Shown in pieces: positions 10,991 through 24,071 of a DNA stretch of 64,000 bases. Location of the stretch: assembly GCF_006345805.1 (NCBI RefSeq), contig NC_042999.1, forward strand, positions 41,788,001 to 41,852,000. The letters run 5' to 3'. This stretch comes from Octopus sinensis. Taxonomy: Eukaryota. The notes below the pieces were generated by a model. That model ran no database searches. It worked only from the letters and a program-made list of their open reading frames with translations, and was not told the DNA's origin. The position numbers were made by a program, and so were the translations under genes. Each line of letters opens with the position of its first letter. Positions within the stretch are counted from its first letter, which is position 1.

Positions 10991-11139
10991 TTGTCCTCGA
11001 CTGTGTCAAGCTTACGCCTATAATATTGTAGAACACGATCTTTGACCTTTGTTAACAACTGTTACTTCCTAGTTGTTTAACTCTAGGAAATATGAAAAAT
11101 GGCCGACATTTCCGTTAAGCTTCGCTTTTGTTACATTTA

Positions 11140-11305
11140 TTCAAACCCCAAAGAATCCTTCTCAACACATGGTTATGATGCTTCCCCATTACTCCTGCTC
11201 ATGATCAGAGGTACACATAGTGTCATCCACTAAGGGACAAGTTCAAGTAGTTAAGGTCAAGCAACTAACAAATTTAATCTGTGGTATTGAGCAGAATATT
11301 TCTTT
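11140..11305 (-). repeat. Unclassified interspersed repeat (family D)
   Basis: Reverse complement matches 19505-19670 and 56660-56810 (AATATTCTGCTCAATACCACAGAT...CCCTTAGTGG...TGTGTTGAGAAGGATTCTTTGG). Confidence 0.75.
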
Positions 11306-11573
11306 TAACGATATTTCTGCTTCAGCAATTCAGTGCTTAATCTGTCTGAAATGTAACGGAAAATAGGATACAACATTAATGTCCTGGTCACGAAAAGAAA
11401 CTCTGAAAAGAATACTTGTCGCTTCCTTTGATATTGAAATAGAAGCAAATAGAAATAACACTTACTAACCGAAGACAAAAAAGAATTAATGTTTTGTTAC
11501 ACAGTGGAATATACTTGTAGATTGGTAGAATCTTTACCGCATTAGAAACAATAACTTCTGTCATTTGCTTATG

Positions 11574-11663
<90 letters not shown>

Positions 11664-11714
11664 CATATATATATATATCTTTTTCTCTTCCTCTCTCTCT
11701 CTCTCTCGATATAC

Positions 11715-11756
<42 letters not shown>

Positions 11757-11757
11757 A

Positions 11758-11808
<51 letters not shown>

Positions 11809-11989
11809 ATATATGTATGTGTGTGTGTGTATATATGTGTGTGTGTGTGTGTATATATGTGTGTGTGTGTGTGTGTATATATGTGTGTGTGTGTGTGTAT
11901 ATATATATGTGTGTGTGTGTGTGTATATGTGTGTGTGTATATATGTGTGTGTGTGTGTGTGTAAGAATGCATGTATGTAAGTATGTATT

Positions 11990-12115
11990 TGTTTGCTTCC
12001 CAACCGCATGGATCCGGATCCAATCATACTTTCTGGCACCTTGGGCATGTGCCTAATGATGACCAAAGCTTTGAGTCGATTTGGTAGACGAAAACTGGAA
12101 GAAGCTCGTTGTATA
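11990..12115 (+). mobile_element. Family A SINE head/CORE; a Helitron begins in the (TA)n that follows it
   Basis: GGCACCTTGGGCATGTGCC..GATTTGGTAGACGAAAACTGGAAGAAGCTCGTTG followed by (TA)n. Confidence 0.75.
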
Positions 12116-12185
12116 TATATAGGTGTGTGTATATATATATGTGTGTGTATATATACATATATATATATATATAGGTATATATATA

Positions 12186-12244
<59 letters not shown>

Positions 12245-13264
12245 TGTATATCTCTATATATATAAAACTGAGAACGTGTGTCTGTCTGTCTGTCTGTGTG
12301 TTTCCCTAAAACTTGAGAACTACACAACCAATTTCATTCAAATTTTACACATGCCTTACTTAAGGTTCGGGGTGTGTCATCGGCAAAAAAATCTTAACTT
12401 TTTCCCTAGGGCGACCTTACAGCAATATCATATCTTTTCCACTATTTCAGTATTACGTGTTAAAAGTGTAACGAAAACATCTCTCTTTTGTAATGCAGAC
12501 ACTTTCACTATTAAAGTGAAAGTATTATATAACAGGGATGAACCATTAACAATAGTCATCCATTTTTCTAGAAGATCCGCTATGGCCTTATATGCTACAC
12601 CACTGGTTTTCAATTCATACTAATCAAATTAATATTCAATTTTTCACCCTTATTATGTGTGTGTGTGTGTATGTATTAGCAATTCGTATAAAATTGCATC
12701 AATGACTTGAACTTGAATAAGTGGTTTCACATAACTGGGGATAAATAAAAAAGGTTTGTTATTATTATTACTGTTTGACTATTGTAATCACGTTTGTTGG
12801 TTCCTCGTCAGGGAAACGTTGTTGTGTTGCATTTGTTAAATAATTGTAAACCGTAACCCTCCCCCTTTCAGAGAAGGGGCTTTGCTTATTGTTTAAAAAT
12901 TGAATTGTGTCCCTGTTTGGGGAAATTGACAATATTTTCACCGTCTTTACGGAAGCATTTTTGTTAAAATGCCTTCGATAGAAGAAGGTCCAAAAATGAA
13001 TTTCGCTGCAGCCGTACACTTCTATACAAGATTGAGGACAAGTTCCAATTGATCGAAATTGCAAGAGACGGGCCTACAATTCCAGTCTGTTATATATTTT
13101 CAGTATTGTTATCACTAGCGATATCAAGATATAACTTTGTATTTTGTATTTTATGTGTAGATGTATATATATAGATGTACATGTAATATGTACACATATA
13201 TATACACATATATACATGCATAATATATCTATCCATACACATATACGCACACACACACATACAT

Positions 13265-13400
13265 AGGGACAGGTGTGGCTGTGTGGTAACAAACTACGTT
13301 CCAAACACATGGTCCTGGGTACAGTCCCACTGTGTGGTGACTTGGCATGTGTCTTTTGCTGTAGCCTCAGACCAACAAAAGCCTTCTCAGTGGATTTTGT
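13265..13400 (+). mobile_element. Family A SINE 5' half inside the Helitron
   Basis: GTGTGGCTGTGTGGTAA..CATGGTCCTGGGTACAGTCCCACTG..GTGGATTTTGTA. Confidence 0.7.
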
Positions 13401-13489
13401 ACATATATACAGACATACATACATATATATATATACATGCATAAGTACATATTCGGCATAAATACTCTACCACTACAACTAATAACTGT

Positions 13490-16390
13490 TGGGAGCACTT
13501 TCAAACCTGCCTTACATTCGAACCGGAATCTCAATGCCCGAGTTTTCCATCTGAAGTTAATATCTCTCATGGAGCTCATACAAAATGGGCAGTCTTTGGG
13601 CTCATACAATGTGACATGTACACAATAGAGTGGCAAAAAATAGGCCTTCCACATGCTCATATCCTGCTTTGGCTCTCAGCGAAGATCAATTCCAATGACG
13701 TCGACAACATAATCTCTGCAGAGCTTCCTGATCCAGCTTTAGACACAGAACTATACGAAATAGTTAAAGCAAACATGGTACATGATCCATGTGGGCGTGG
13801 ATTTAACATAAACTCACCATGCTTGAAGGACAGCATATGTTCAAAAAGATTTCCAAGGAGGTTCCTACAGGAAACTCAGACAAGTGCTGATAGGTATCCA
13901 TCATACAGAAGCAGAAAACCATAAGACGGAGGTTTCACAGCAACTATCGGACAGCACGATATTGATAATAGATGGATTGTTCCATACTGCCCACTCCTGT
14001 CAAAGACTTTCAATGCCCACATCAAAGTTGAGTTTTGCAACTCCGTTAAATCCATTAAGTACGTTTGCAAATATGTAAACAAGGGTTCTGACGCTGCAAT
14101 GTTTGGATTTCAACAAAATACTGCCAGGATGAGGTGACGCATTATCAGGTGGGACGGTACGTAAGTAGCAACGAGGCTTTCTGACGCATCTTTGGCTTTC
14201 CAATCCACCGACGACACCCCGCCATTCAACAGTTTGCAGTGCAGCTGGAAAATAGTCAAAGAGTGTACTTTACCGATGCTAATGCTTCTCTGTTGGCAGA
14301 GGAACCAAGGGATAGCACACTCACTGCATTCTTCAAGCTTTGTCAAGTAGATCCATTCGCTCAAACCTTGCTGTATCCACAGATTCCATCGTACTACACT
14401 CGGAATGGAAAAAAATGGGCCTCACAGAAAGCAGGTCAAAATGTTCATGGATACCCTGGCATTAAGTTTCACACTTGCCTTGGGCGAGTATACATAGTGC
14501 ATCCCACTCAGCAAGAGTGCTTCTACCTTCGTCTACTACTGCATGAGGTCAGAGGGCCAACGTCTTTCCAGGCCCTAAAAACCGTTTATGGACATGTCTG
14601 CACAACACACAGAGAAGCCTGCTATCGACAAGGTATGTTAGAAGATGGTGCACAATGGGATGTAACTTTAGGAGAGGCTGCTTTATCACAATCACCTAAC
14701 AGTCTCAAGGCACTATTTGCAGTATTACTACAGGCATGCGAACTGTGTGATCCGGCCACTCTATGGCTCAAATATAGAGACAACCTGGCCGAAGACTTTC
14801 AGCGCCAAGCTCAACTGCTCTATCCTGACATGGAGGGTATCAGCAATGAAATCTATAACAAAACTCTCATTGACATTGAAGACAGAATTGCTAAACTGGG
14901 TGGAAATGAATTGTCGACGTATGGCCTGCCACAAGCATTCAGGTCAGGGTCAAATAGCCTTCCCACTGCTGTCATTCGTGAAACAACCTTCGACACTCAA
15001 ACGCTTTCAAAGTACATTGTTGAAAATGAGCCTAAATTACTTCCGGACCAGCTGCAGGCCTACAGAACTATTCTTAATAGTGTACGCCAACGCGAGGGAC
15101 GAATCCTCTTCCTCGATGCTCCTGGAAGGACAGGAAAAACATTTATTACAAAGCTTCTCCTTGCAGAAGTTAGGCAGGACATTGCAGTAGCTGTAGCCTC
15201 CTCTGGCATTGCAGCTACTTTGTTACCCGGTGGCAGGACAGCACGCTCAACTTTTAAACTCCCTCTCAATTTAGCAGCATCCGAAATGCCTTCATGCAAC
15301 ATCAACAAAAGCTCAGATCAGGGACAAGTACTTAAAATGTGTAATCTAATTGTCTGGGATGAGTGCACTATGGCTCACAAGGGAGCTTTGAAAGCATTAG
15401 ATAGAGCCCTGAAAGACATTCGAGACTGTCAGATTCCAATGGGAGGTGTAACGCTTCTGTTGTTAGGTGATTTCAGGCAAACTCTTCCTGTCATTCCGAA
15501 AGGCACAAGAGAAGATGACGTCCAAGCATGCCTAAAGTCCTCTACCCTGTGGCAGCATGTTACAATTCTGTCTCACCACTAACATGAGAGCTCAGCTACA
15601 CAGCGACAAAATGTCCACAAAGTTTGCACAGGACATTTTGACACTAGGTGAAGGCGATGCCTCTCGATGCTGCAGGACAAATGGAAGTGTGGTCATTTTC
15701 CTATGTTGTTAATTCTGTAGATGACCTCAAAAACGAAGTCTTTCCCAACTTCACACAAAACTACCAAAATCACAATTGGCTGTGTGAAAGAGCAATATTA
15801 GCCCCAAAAAACGTCGCTGTTAACAAAATTAATCAACAGCTAATGCATTCTCTTCCCGACATTATACACACTTACAAGTCTGTTGATACAATTCCAGATA
15901 TAAATGAAGTTGTGAACTAGCCTCCTGAATTTCTCAATTCACTGGAGCCTCCTGGACTACCTCCACACATATTAGCACTTAAAGTTGGAACTCCTGTAAT
16001 GCTACTCCGCAATCTGGAACCACCAAGACTTTGCAATGGAACACGACTGGTGATAACGTAAATGATGTCACACGTTATCGAGGCGATCATTCTTTCTGGA
16101 TGTGGAAAATGTGATGACGTCTTTATTCCAAGAATTCCTCTTACTCCATCAGGAGCAGAAATTCCATTTACATTCAGAAGACTGCAATTCCCCCTTCGTG
16201 TCAGCTCTGTCATGTCTATTAATAAATCTCAGGGCCAAACCCTCTCTGTAGCTGGTCTTTCTTGGAAGAGCCCTGCTTCTCGCATGGGCAACTGTATGTT
16301 GAGTGCTCAAGAGTAGGAACGAAAAGAAACCTTTTTGTATATGCTCCACAAGGAAAAACAAGGAACATTGTTTACAACGAGGTGTTATAA
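13490..16390 (+). pseudogene. Helitron Rep/PIF1-helicase (RepHel) pseudogene with frameshifts and stops; N-terminus missing
   Basis: Rep motifs YTIEWQKIGLPHAHILLWL and SIKYVCKYVNKG; helicase motifs FLDAPGRTGKT, VASSGIAATLL, LIVWDECTM, LLGDFRQTLPV, INKSQGQT; longest open piece 14239-15582 (447 aa). Confidence 0.93.
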
Positions 16391-16577
16391 TCTCAACAGC
16401 CAGGAGGTATATACATGATCCCCTTTTGTTTAACAAACTTCATGTACTGTCATGTATTTATATTAATATACATATGTATGTGTGTGTGTATCCATATATA
16501 TATATAACAGAAAAGTCTAATTCTTCAATTGAATGTAACCGGGCAACGCCGGGTATCTCTGCTAGTATATATATATA

Positions 16578-17079
16578 CATGGAAAAATGCAAACATGAAA
16601 AGTAATATTCTTAAGATTATAAACCTAGAAAAGTGCGGGACAAGTTATGACACCTGTAAACGTATAGGACAAACTACTACGTCAAGTAAAATAAAGAATA
16701 AGAAACATTTTAATTAAAATATTGCACCAAAGAATGCCACTTCTTCTAATTTATCACTCTTTAGAGTTCTCATCTTTTATTGCGCAAAACTGTTCAGCTA
16801 ACTTTCAAGTTTTTCTAATTAGCCACTATTTTCTGTATTTAAAGTAGTAAAGTAGCCAAATTGTACTTAAATATGTATAGTGTTATTTGAAAACTATAAT
16901 AAAATAATTTTTAATATTCAAATTTTAATTTTAGCTGCAATATTTTAAGTAAAAAGTTTCTTATTCTTTACTTGAAGTAATAGATTGTCCTATACTCTTA
17001 CAGGTGTAATAACTTGTCCTGTACTTTTCCAGGTTTATAATCTTAAGAATCTTATTTTTCATGCTTGCATTTTTCCATG
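16578..17079. mobile_element. MITE / fold-back element with ~130-155-bp terminal inverted repeats (probably Tc1/mariner-derived)
   Basis: 16578-16706 (CATGGAAAAATGCAAACATG..AAGAATAAGAAAC) is the reverse complement of 16956-17079 with scattered mismatches; weaker pairing continues ~25 bp inward; flanks TA and CA. Confidence 0.85.
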
Positions 17080-17579
17080 CAATCCATGATTTTTCCAGAC
17101 ATTGCTCTTATAAGATAAGTGATAATGTGTCAATAATTTAAGATTTTATGTTATAAAATACTGAAAAATGATATTTCAATTTATCCTTGTTGAATTTAAA
17201 TATATGTTGTGATTGAATTATTTGACATTACCCATCTACACCAAATTTATGGCAGGGATTTTTACCATGTTGTTCGTTGCACCATGGATCACCAAAAGTT
17301 ACAAACAACAAGATCCCAAAACGATCAGTTACCAGGCTCACATTAAGTAAACTAATTTTGCAATATTTGGAGGTCACAGGAACTCATTCAACGAAAAAAC
17401 ATTTCCATCGATTCCGGGATTGTGGAAAATTTTCAAAAAATTTTCAAAAAAATTTTTGGGGATAATTTACCCCAAAATTTTAGAAAAATTTTTTGAAAAT
17501 TTTCCCCAAGAATTTTTCAAAATTTTTTGAAAATTTTCCCCAAAAAGTTTTGAAAAATTTTTTGAAAATTTTCCTCATA

Positions 17580-18045
17580 ATTGTATGTGTGTGTGTATAT
17601 ATACGTATGTATGTGTGTGTGTGTATACGCATCTATGTGTGTGTGTATGTGTATACGCATGTATGTGTGTGTATGTATGTGTGTGTGTGTGTATATATAT
17701 ATACGTATGCATGTGTGTGTGTGTGTATATATATACGTATGCATGTATGTATGTGTGTGTATATATATACGTATGCATTTATGTGTGTATGTATATATAT
17801 ACGTATGCTTGTATTTATCTGTGTATGTATATATATATACGTATGCATGTATGTATGTGTGTATATATATACGTATGCTTGTATGTATATGTGTGTGAAT
17901 ATATATACGTATGCATGTATGTATGTGTGTGTGTATATATATACGTATGCATGTATGTATGTGTGTGTGTATATATATACGTTTGCATGTATGTATGTAT
18001 GTATGTATGTATGTATGTATGTATGTATGTATATATATATATAGT
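17580..18045. repeat. Compound (TA)/(TG)/(TATG) microsatellite with a ~34-38-bp higher-order unit
   Basis: Recurrent TATATATACGTATGCATGTATGTATGTGTGTG units. Confidence 0.9.
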
Positions 18046-18139
18046 ATGCAGTGAATTTGTTGTATAAATTAGGCAAAACTGAAAATAACAGTGATATTTA
18101 CCAAAATATCTTGAAATGCTAAAAACTAAATTTATTCAG

Positions 18140-19250
18140 TAATACTTCAACCACGTCAACCAGACGATTTTGGAACCTCCTGAAAAATTTGAGGAATGCT
18201 GCCATAATCCTTTCTTTCAGTTCATCTTTGGTGTTACAAGGAGTTTTTTGGTGTCTCACTCAATTGCGCCCCACACAAAATAATCAAGGGGATTGCAATC
18301 TGGAGAGTTAAGTGTCCAGATATTAGGGAGGATGTCGCAGAAATTCTCTGACAGCCATGGCTGGTTTCTCCTGCTTGTGTGGCATGCTGCAGAGTCATGT
18401 TGCGAGACATAGTAACTTCCAGCAGCCACTCTCTTGACCCAGGGCAGCACTACCCACTCCAGACACTCAGTTCAGGCCTCAGTGTTGAGTCTGAGACTGT
18501 GTGGGATGATGAATGGAGGCATACCATCGCCATCACTAGTTATCACTCCAAACATCATGATGTTGACTAGATGTTTGATTTTTATCACACTCAGTACATG
18601 CTTTGGCGACACGTCAAGCCAACGATTGTTCTGGATGTTCACCATCTGATTTTGGTAAACATTTGTCTCGTCTGAGAACAAAACAAGGCATGTTCATGTA
18701 CTCTTTTCCTCTTTTACTTGTTTCAGTCATTTTACTGTGACCATGCTGGAGCACCGCCTTTTGTGGAAGAAATCGACCCCAGGACTTATTCTTTGCAAGC
18801 ATAGTACTTATTCTATCGGTAACTTTTGCTGAAACGCTAAGTTACGTAAACACAGCAGCATCGGTTGTCAAGCGATGTTAGGGGGACACACACAGACACA
18901 CAAACATATATACACACACATACATATATATACATACATGCAACGAGTTTCTTTCAGTTTCTGTCTACCAAATCCACTCACAAGACTTTGGTCAGCACGA
19001 GGCTATAGTAGAAGACACTTGCCCTAGGTGCCACGCAATGTGACTGAACCCGGAACCATGTGGTTGGTAAGCAAGCTACTTACCACACAGCCACTCCTAC
19101 GCCTGGAGAGGATGCTTCACCTTATTCAAAAGCTTCGTAGCGCGATCTTTTCGCTTGTCCGTGATAGCTTGGAATAAAAATTGTAAGAGGAATACAGAAT
19201 GCTCAGCAACTCAAGTTGCACAAGCTCTGCAACTTATGCCCTGCAACTCA
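18140..19250 (-). pseudogene. Tc1/mariner-superfamily transposase remnant (maT/DD37D-like), split by a SINE
   Basis: Minus-strand pieces KRKDRATKLLNKVKHP | FSDETNVYQNQMVNIQNNRW, MMFGVITSDG, QHDSAACHTS, WTLNSPDCNPLDYFVWGAIE. Confidence 0.85.
18699..19103 (-). mobile_element. CORE-type SINE (family A), full length, inserted in the transposase
   Basis: Complete head-to-tail match to family A. Confidence 0.92.
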
Positions 19251-19504
19251 TGTAGCACATCATGGATTGAGACGTACTGTCACTAACAGATGCACACAAT
19301 AAGTATATGGTTCTTAGTTTTGACGGATAACCATAATTAAGGCCGTACTATCGTATAAGTGACTGAGCATACCACAGACAAATGTTCACTTGAAGAAAAT
19401 TTCCGGCACACATTAATGAACAGGACATCAATGTTCTGTAACGGACCTATTTTCCATTTCATTTCAGTGAAATTCAGTGCTGAGTTGCTGAAGCAGAAAT
19501 ATCG

Positions 19505-19670
19505 TTATAGAAAATATTCTGCTCAATACCACAGATCTGCTGGTCGCTTTTTTGAGCATGGCCCTTAGTGGCTGACAATATGTGCATCTTTGATCATGAT
19601 CAAGTGTAATGAAGGAGCATCGTATCCATGTGTTGAGAAGGATTCTTTGGTGTTTGAATGAATGTAACAA
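19505..19670 (+). repeat. Unclassified interspersed repeat (family D)
   Basis: Shared with 11140-11305 (reverse complement) and 56660-56810. Confidence 0.7.
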
Positions 19671-20549
19671 AACTCAAATTTTGTCGGAAATATTAGCCAT
19701 ATTTCATACTTTCTAAGGGTAAGCAAATAGGAAACAACACTTACTACCCAAGGACAAATATCCTGTTAAAATAACCTTTGCCCAAAATAGAGTGTAGCCG
19801 GATCGAACTCGAGGCCTTGTCTCATTCGAAGCGGAGAACTTTAACTTTCGATTATACTTCCCCTACATTAAACTCTTATTGTAAACACAGTAAAATCATT
19901 CCATAAGTGGATTCATTTTTCAGTTCAGATTATTTACATTCGCTATATATATATGATTATTTTATTCTATTTCATTTTCTTTCTAAATTATATTTCTCAC
20001 AAAAGATAGCAATTTGTTGGATTTATTTCCTATATTTAAATTATGTGGTTGTGGATATTATATTGGTTTTAGCTGTATCTGTAATTTGAAGTTCAAGTTC
20101 TATTCTCTTGGCTTTCTTGAGATGATAGTTTCATTGCGCATACGCGCATATGCAAATGCTTACACACATACATAGAGGCATAGAACACGGTAATACGTAC
20201 AGAGACCATATGACAGATATTGAGATTTACACAAACACACACGTACATAGAAATTTACTTACATACATACAAACATACATATGCATACATATGTGTATGT
20301 ATGTGTGAATGTGTGTGTGTATGTGTGTGTGTAGTTATGCAACTATCTATGTATGTAAGTATGTTTCTTTGTAAGCAGTGCCTTAATTATTCATTGCTAT
20401 CACGTGCATTGGTTGTGTCGTAATTCATTTGTCCTTCAAATGTAAACAAGTAAGTCGCCGCAAAGCCTTAAAATCTCTTTCGTGGTTGCTTTATTGTTTA
20501 TTTAAGAGAAAGAATGAAAAACGAACGAAAGAAAGAACGACAGAGTAAA

Positions 20550-20589
<40 letters not shown>

Positions 20590-21274
20590 GGAAAAGGAGA
20601 GAAGGTAAGAGTTAAACGTTCATAGCTTGGTTTTATTTTTAGTGCAGTTATTGGCTTTGATTTTGCTTAAATAAGCGTTATTGTGCTCTTGAGATTTCGT
20701 TTCCAATTTGAATTCACGTGGGTTGGTGAATTATCCCACACTGATGCAGCATTGACCAAATATCAGTTTCAAATGTTACAGTTTACATCAATTTAGCGTA
20801 CGTAATTATGTTAATAATTCTCATGTGAGCTTTCAAATTGCTATATGACAATTTACTAGCGACAGAACTGTTTACTGATATATGCCTTACTTTGAGTTAA
20901 CACATAGAGAAATGGACTTGTACCTTCACATGGGTACGTGTGTATGGCTCCGTATTTGAAAGCGCATGTAGTGTATGTGAGCGTATATGTGTGTATGCGT
21001 GTGTAAACGTGTGTGTGCGCGTGCGTGTGTATATGTGTGTGTATGTGTGTGTGTGTAATAAATACGATTGCAAATTCAAAAGTTAAAGGTTTTTCTTTAG
21101 ACAAACTTGAAATGTTCTCAATATAATTCCTCAGTGCCTGCAAACTCATGACACAATGTTAAGTTTGTTTTAGCGTTCATTACTAAGTAACTTCATCTGA
21201 GACAGCATTTAGAATATGAAACAAGGATATAGAATAATCTTATACTTACATTCTTCAGTAATTTTAGATTCATT

Positions 21275-21376
21275 GGTCATAGGTCTTCTACTATAGCCTC
21301 GGGCCGACCCAAGCCTTGTTATTGGATTTGGTAGACGGAAACTGAAAGAAGCCCGTCGTATATATATATATTATTA

Positions 21377-21416
<40 letters not shown>

Positions 21417-21451
21417 ATATAATATATGTGTATATATATATGTATATATAC

Positions 21452-21497
<46 letters not shown>

Positions 21498-21690
21498 TGT
21501 TTGCGTTTGTCCCCCAACATCGCTTGACAACGAATGGTGGTGTGTTTACGTCCCCCAACATAGCGGTTCGGCAAAAGAAACCGATAGAATAAGTACCAGG
21601 CTTCCAAACAATAGGTCCTGGGGTCGATTTGCTCGACAAAAGGCGGTGCTCCAGCATGACAGCAGTCAAATACTGAAACAAGTAAAAGAG
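21275..21690 (+). mobile_element. Family A SINE, 5'-truncated
   Basis: GTCTTCTACTATAGCCTCGGGCCGACC through GGCGGTGCTCCAGCATG..CTGAAACAAGTAAAAGAG. Confidence 0.9.
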
Positions 21691-21886
21691 TATAGCATGC
21701 AATGCACATATCTATCTGATACAGTTTTTTCAGTTTGCACCTTCTGCAATTATCTTTTGTAGTCGAGACCGACAATTACTTTGTCAGTGAATTAGTTAGA
21801 CAAAACCTTACATATCTATCTATCTAACTAACTATCTATCTGCCCGTCTGTCTATCAATTTATCCATATATATATATATATATATT

Positions 21887-22240
21887 ATGTGAAATAGAAA
21901 GATGAATAATCTTGTAGTAGATTAATCAAAAGTTTAACCGATACCTTAGTAGCAAAAATCACAGCAGTAAACAGCACGGTTGGAGGTACAACCATCTGGC
22001 GTTGCAACCGTGCGTTGATGCGGATAATTGAAATTAAAACATTATTGGTGAATTGAAGAAATGGAGCCTGAACGCAGATTGAACAGAAATCGTTTTATTT
22101 CATTCTACACGTGTTTCGAAAGGCACAAATTACAAAATCCGATTGAATAATGGGACCATATTGTGTCTTTCTCTTCAGGAAGAAAAAAGGAAATCCGTTG
22201 GAAAAACAAAAACAGAACAGAGGCGGAGCAAAAAACAAAT
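21887..22240 (-). mobile_element. Solo pseudo-LTR of the Naiad-type PLE, with complete hammerhead
   Basis: Near-identical to 6816-7094 and to the reverse complement of 10445-10645; HHR on minus strand at ~22095-22185 (TCTTCAG at 22172-22178); (TA)n on both sides. Confidence 0.92.
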
Positions 22241-22241
22241 T

Positions 22242-22275
<34 letters not shown>

Positions 22276-22515
22276 TTCAATAATACAGTGATTGTTCTTA
22301 TCAGGAACAAAATGCTTAATAGGACTGCTATAGAAGTGCTCAATTGAATGAGACAAACATATCAAACTAAGGTTTTCTCGCACTTTCTTATATGCTTGTA
22401 CAGATGGGTTATTTTTCATCTTCCGTGATATCATATGTATATTCTATATGATTAAATGTTCGAGATATGAAATTTTATGTGGATGACCTTGCATTTGTTT
22501 GTTCTGTAACCTTAG

Positions 22516-22585
<70 letters not shown>

Positions 22586-23415
22586 GCATAAATAGATAGA
22601 TAGATAGATAGATATACACATAAAATATATCTGTCTGTTTATATGTATGCTTGTCACTCTCTCTCTCTCTTTCTATACATATATATATGTACAGAGCGCA
22701 GGCGCCTGGCAACCAGTGTTGGTTTGTTTATGACCACCTAACTTTGCAGATTTGTATTGATAATGGTGATGATGGTGCTTTTGTGTAAGAGAAAGTTAGA
22801 GCAGTAGCGACAGTAGTAGTAGTAGTAGTAGTAGTAGTGGTCGCAACAACAGCAGCAGCAGCCACGCTGGCGTTTGAATATCGATCGCCTGAGCATCGGA
22901 GAAGGATTAAATTTCAAATTAAGAATATCGCTGCATAATAATGAAGTGGAATTATTTATTAAAATCGTCTGACTCGGAACGGACAGTGATTTTGGAACGT
23001 CCACTACTTTCTTTCTCCTTTGTTTTCTTCTTCATCGCGTGATCGGTGGAGGTAAGCGCTGTGTAGATAATCATGATAAGAATTATAGAGTAAGTGTTGG
23101 TGATAATACCATACACATATGAGTATGTATATGCATTTATTTGTGTCTATGTGTGTATATATACATATATATACGTATATATATGTGGTATATATATGTG
23201 TATATGTATGTGTATATATATGTGTATCTATATATGTGTATATATATGTGTATATATGTGTGTATATATGTGTGTGTATATGTGTATATATATGTGTATA
23301 TAAATGTGTATATATATGTGTATATATATGTGTATATATATGCGTATATATATGTGTATATATATGTGTATATATATGTAAATATATGTGTATATGTATG
23401 TATATATATATATAT

Positions 23416-23484
<69 letters not shown>

Positions 23485-23631
23485 CACACACATATATATA
23501 TATATATGCAAACACACACACACATATATATATATGTATATACGCACACTCTCTCACACACACACACACACATATATATATATTCACACATATAGAGGAT
23601 AAAATTTTCGAAAAATTTATTATTATTATTA

Positions 23632-23676
<45 letters not shown>

Positions 23677-23733
23677 CATTATTATTATTATTATCATTAT
23701 TATTATCATTATTATTACTATTATTGTTATTAA

Positions 23734-23960
23734 GGCGGTGAGCTGGCGGAATCGTAAGCACGCCGGGCAAAATGCTTAACGGCATTTCGTCCGTCTTTAG
23801 GTTCTGAGTTCAAATTCCGCCATGATCAACTTTGCCTTTCAACCCTTTCTGGCTCGATGTAATAAGTACTAGTCATTCAGACTTATGCACTCTGGTTGAT
23901 GTAATCTACGTATCCCATCACTTAAAAATCCAGGTCTTGCGCCTATTATAGAAAAGATTA
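23734..23960 (+). mobile_element. Family B SINE (older tail variant) following an (ATT)n tract
   Basis: GGCGGTGAGCTGGCGGAATCG..GAGTTCAAATTCCGCC; further decayed copies at ~24120-24690. Confidence 0.8.
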
Positions 23961-23963
23961 TTA

Positions 23964-24004
<41 letters not shown>

Positions 24005-24040
24005 TAGTAGTAGTAGTAGTAGTTGTTGTTGTTGTTGTTG

Positions 24041-24071
<31 letters not shown>

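Larger units (their letters stand above)
12251..16565 (+). mobile_element. Helitron (autonomous-derived, ~4.3 kb, decayed)
   Basis: 5' A|TC TCTATATATATAAAACTGAGAACGTGTGTCTGTC; 3' hairpin ACCGGGCAACGCCGGGT then CTAG|T at 16562-16565; internal RepHel coding sequence. Confidence 0.9.

Noticed and set aside
11565-12327. Long YI/CV/HT-repeat ORFs here and at ~17500-18070, 23000-23780, 41260-41790, 44500-45000 and elsewhere
   Set aside because: Dinucleotide and tetranucleotide microsatellites that lack stop codons by composition.
12790-12830. Minus-strand CTGACGA-GGAACC-AACAAACGT
   Set aside because: No GAAA core and no stem I.
17385-17580. AAAATTTT/CCCC run-rich low-complexity stretch
   Set aside because: Looks like mis-basecalled repeat sequence rather than a biological element.
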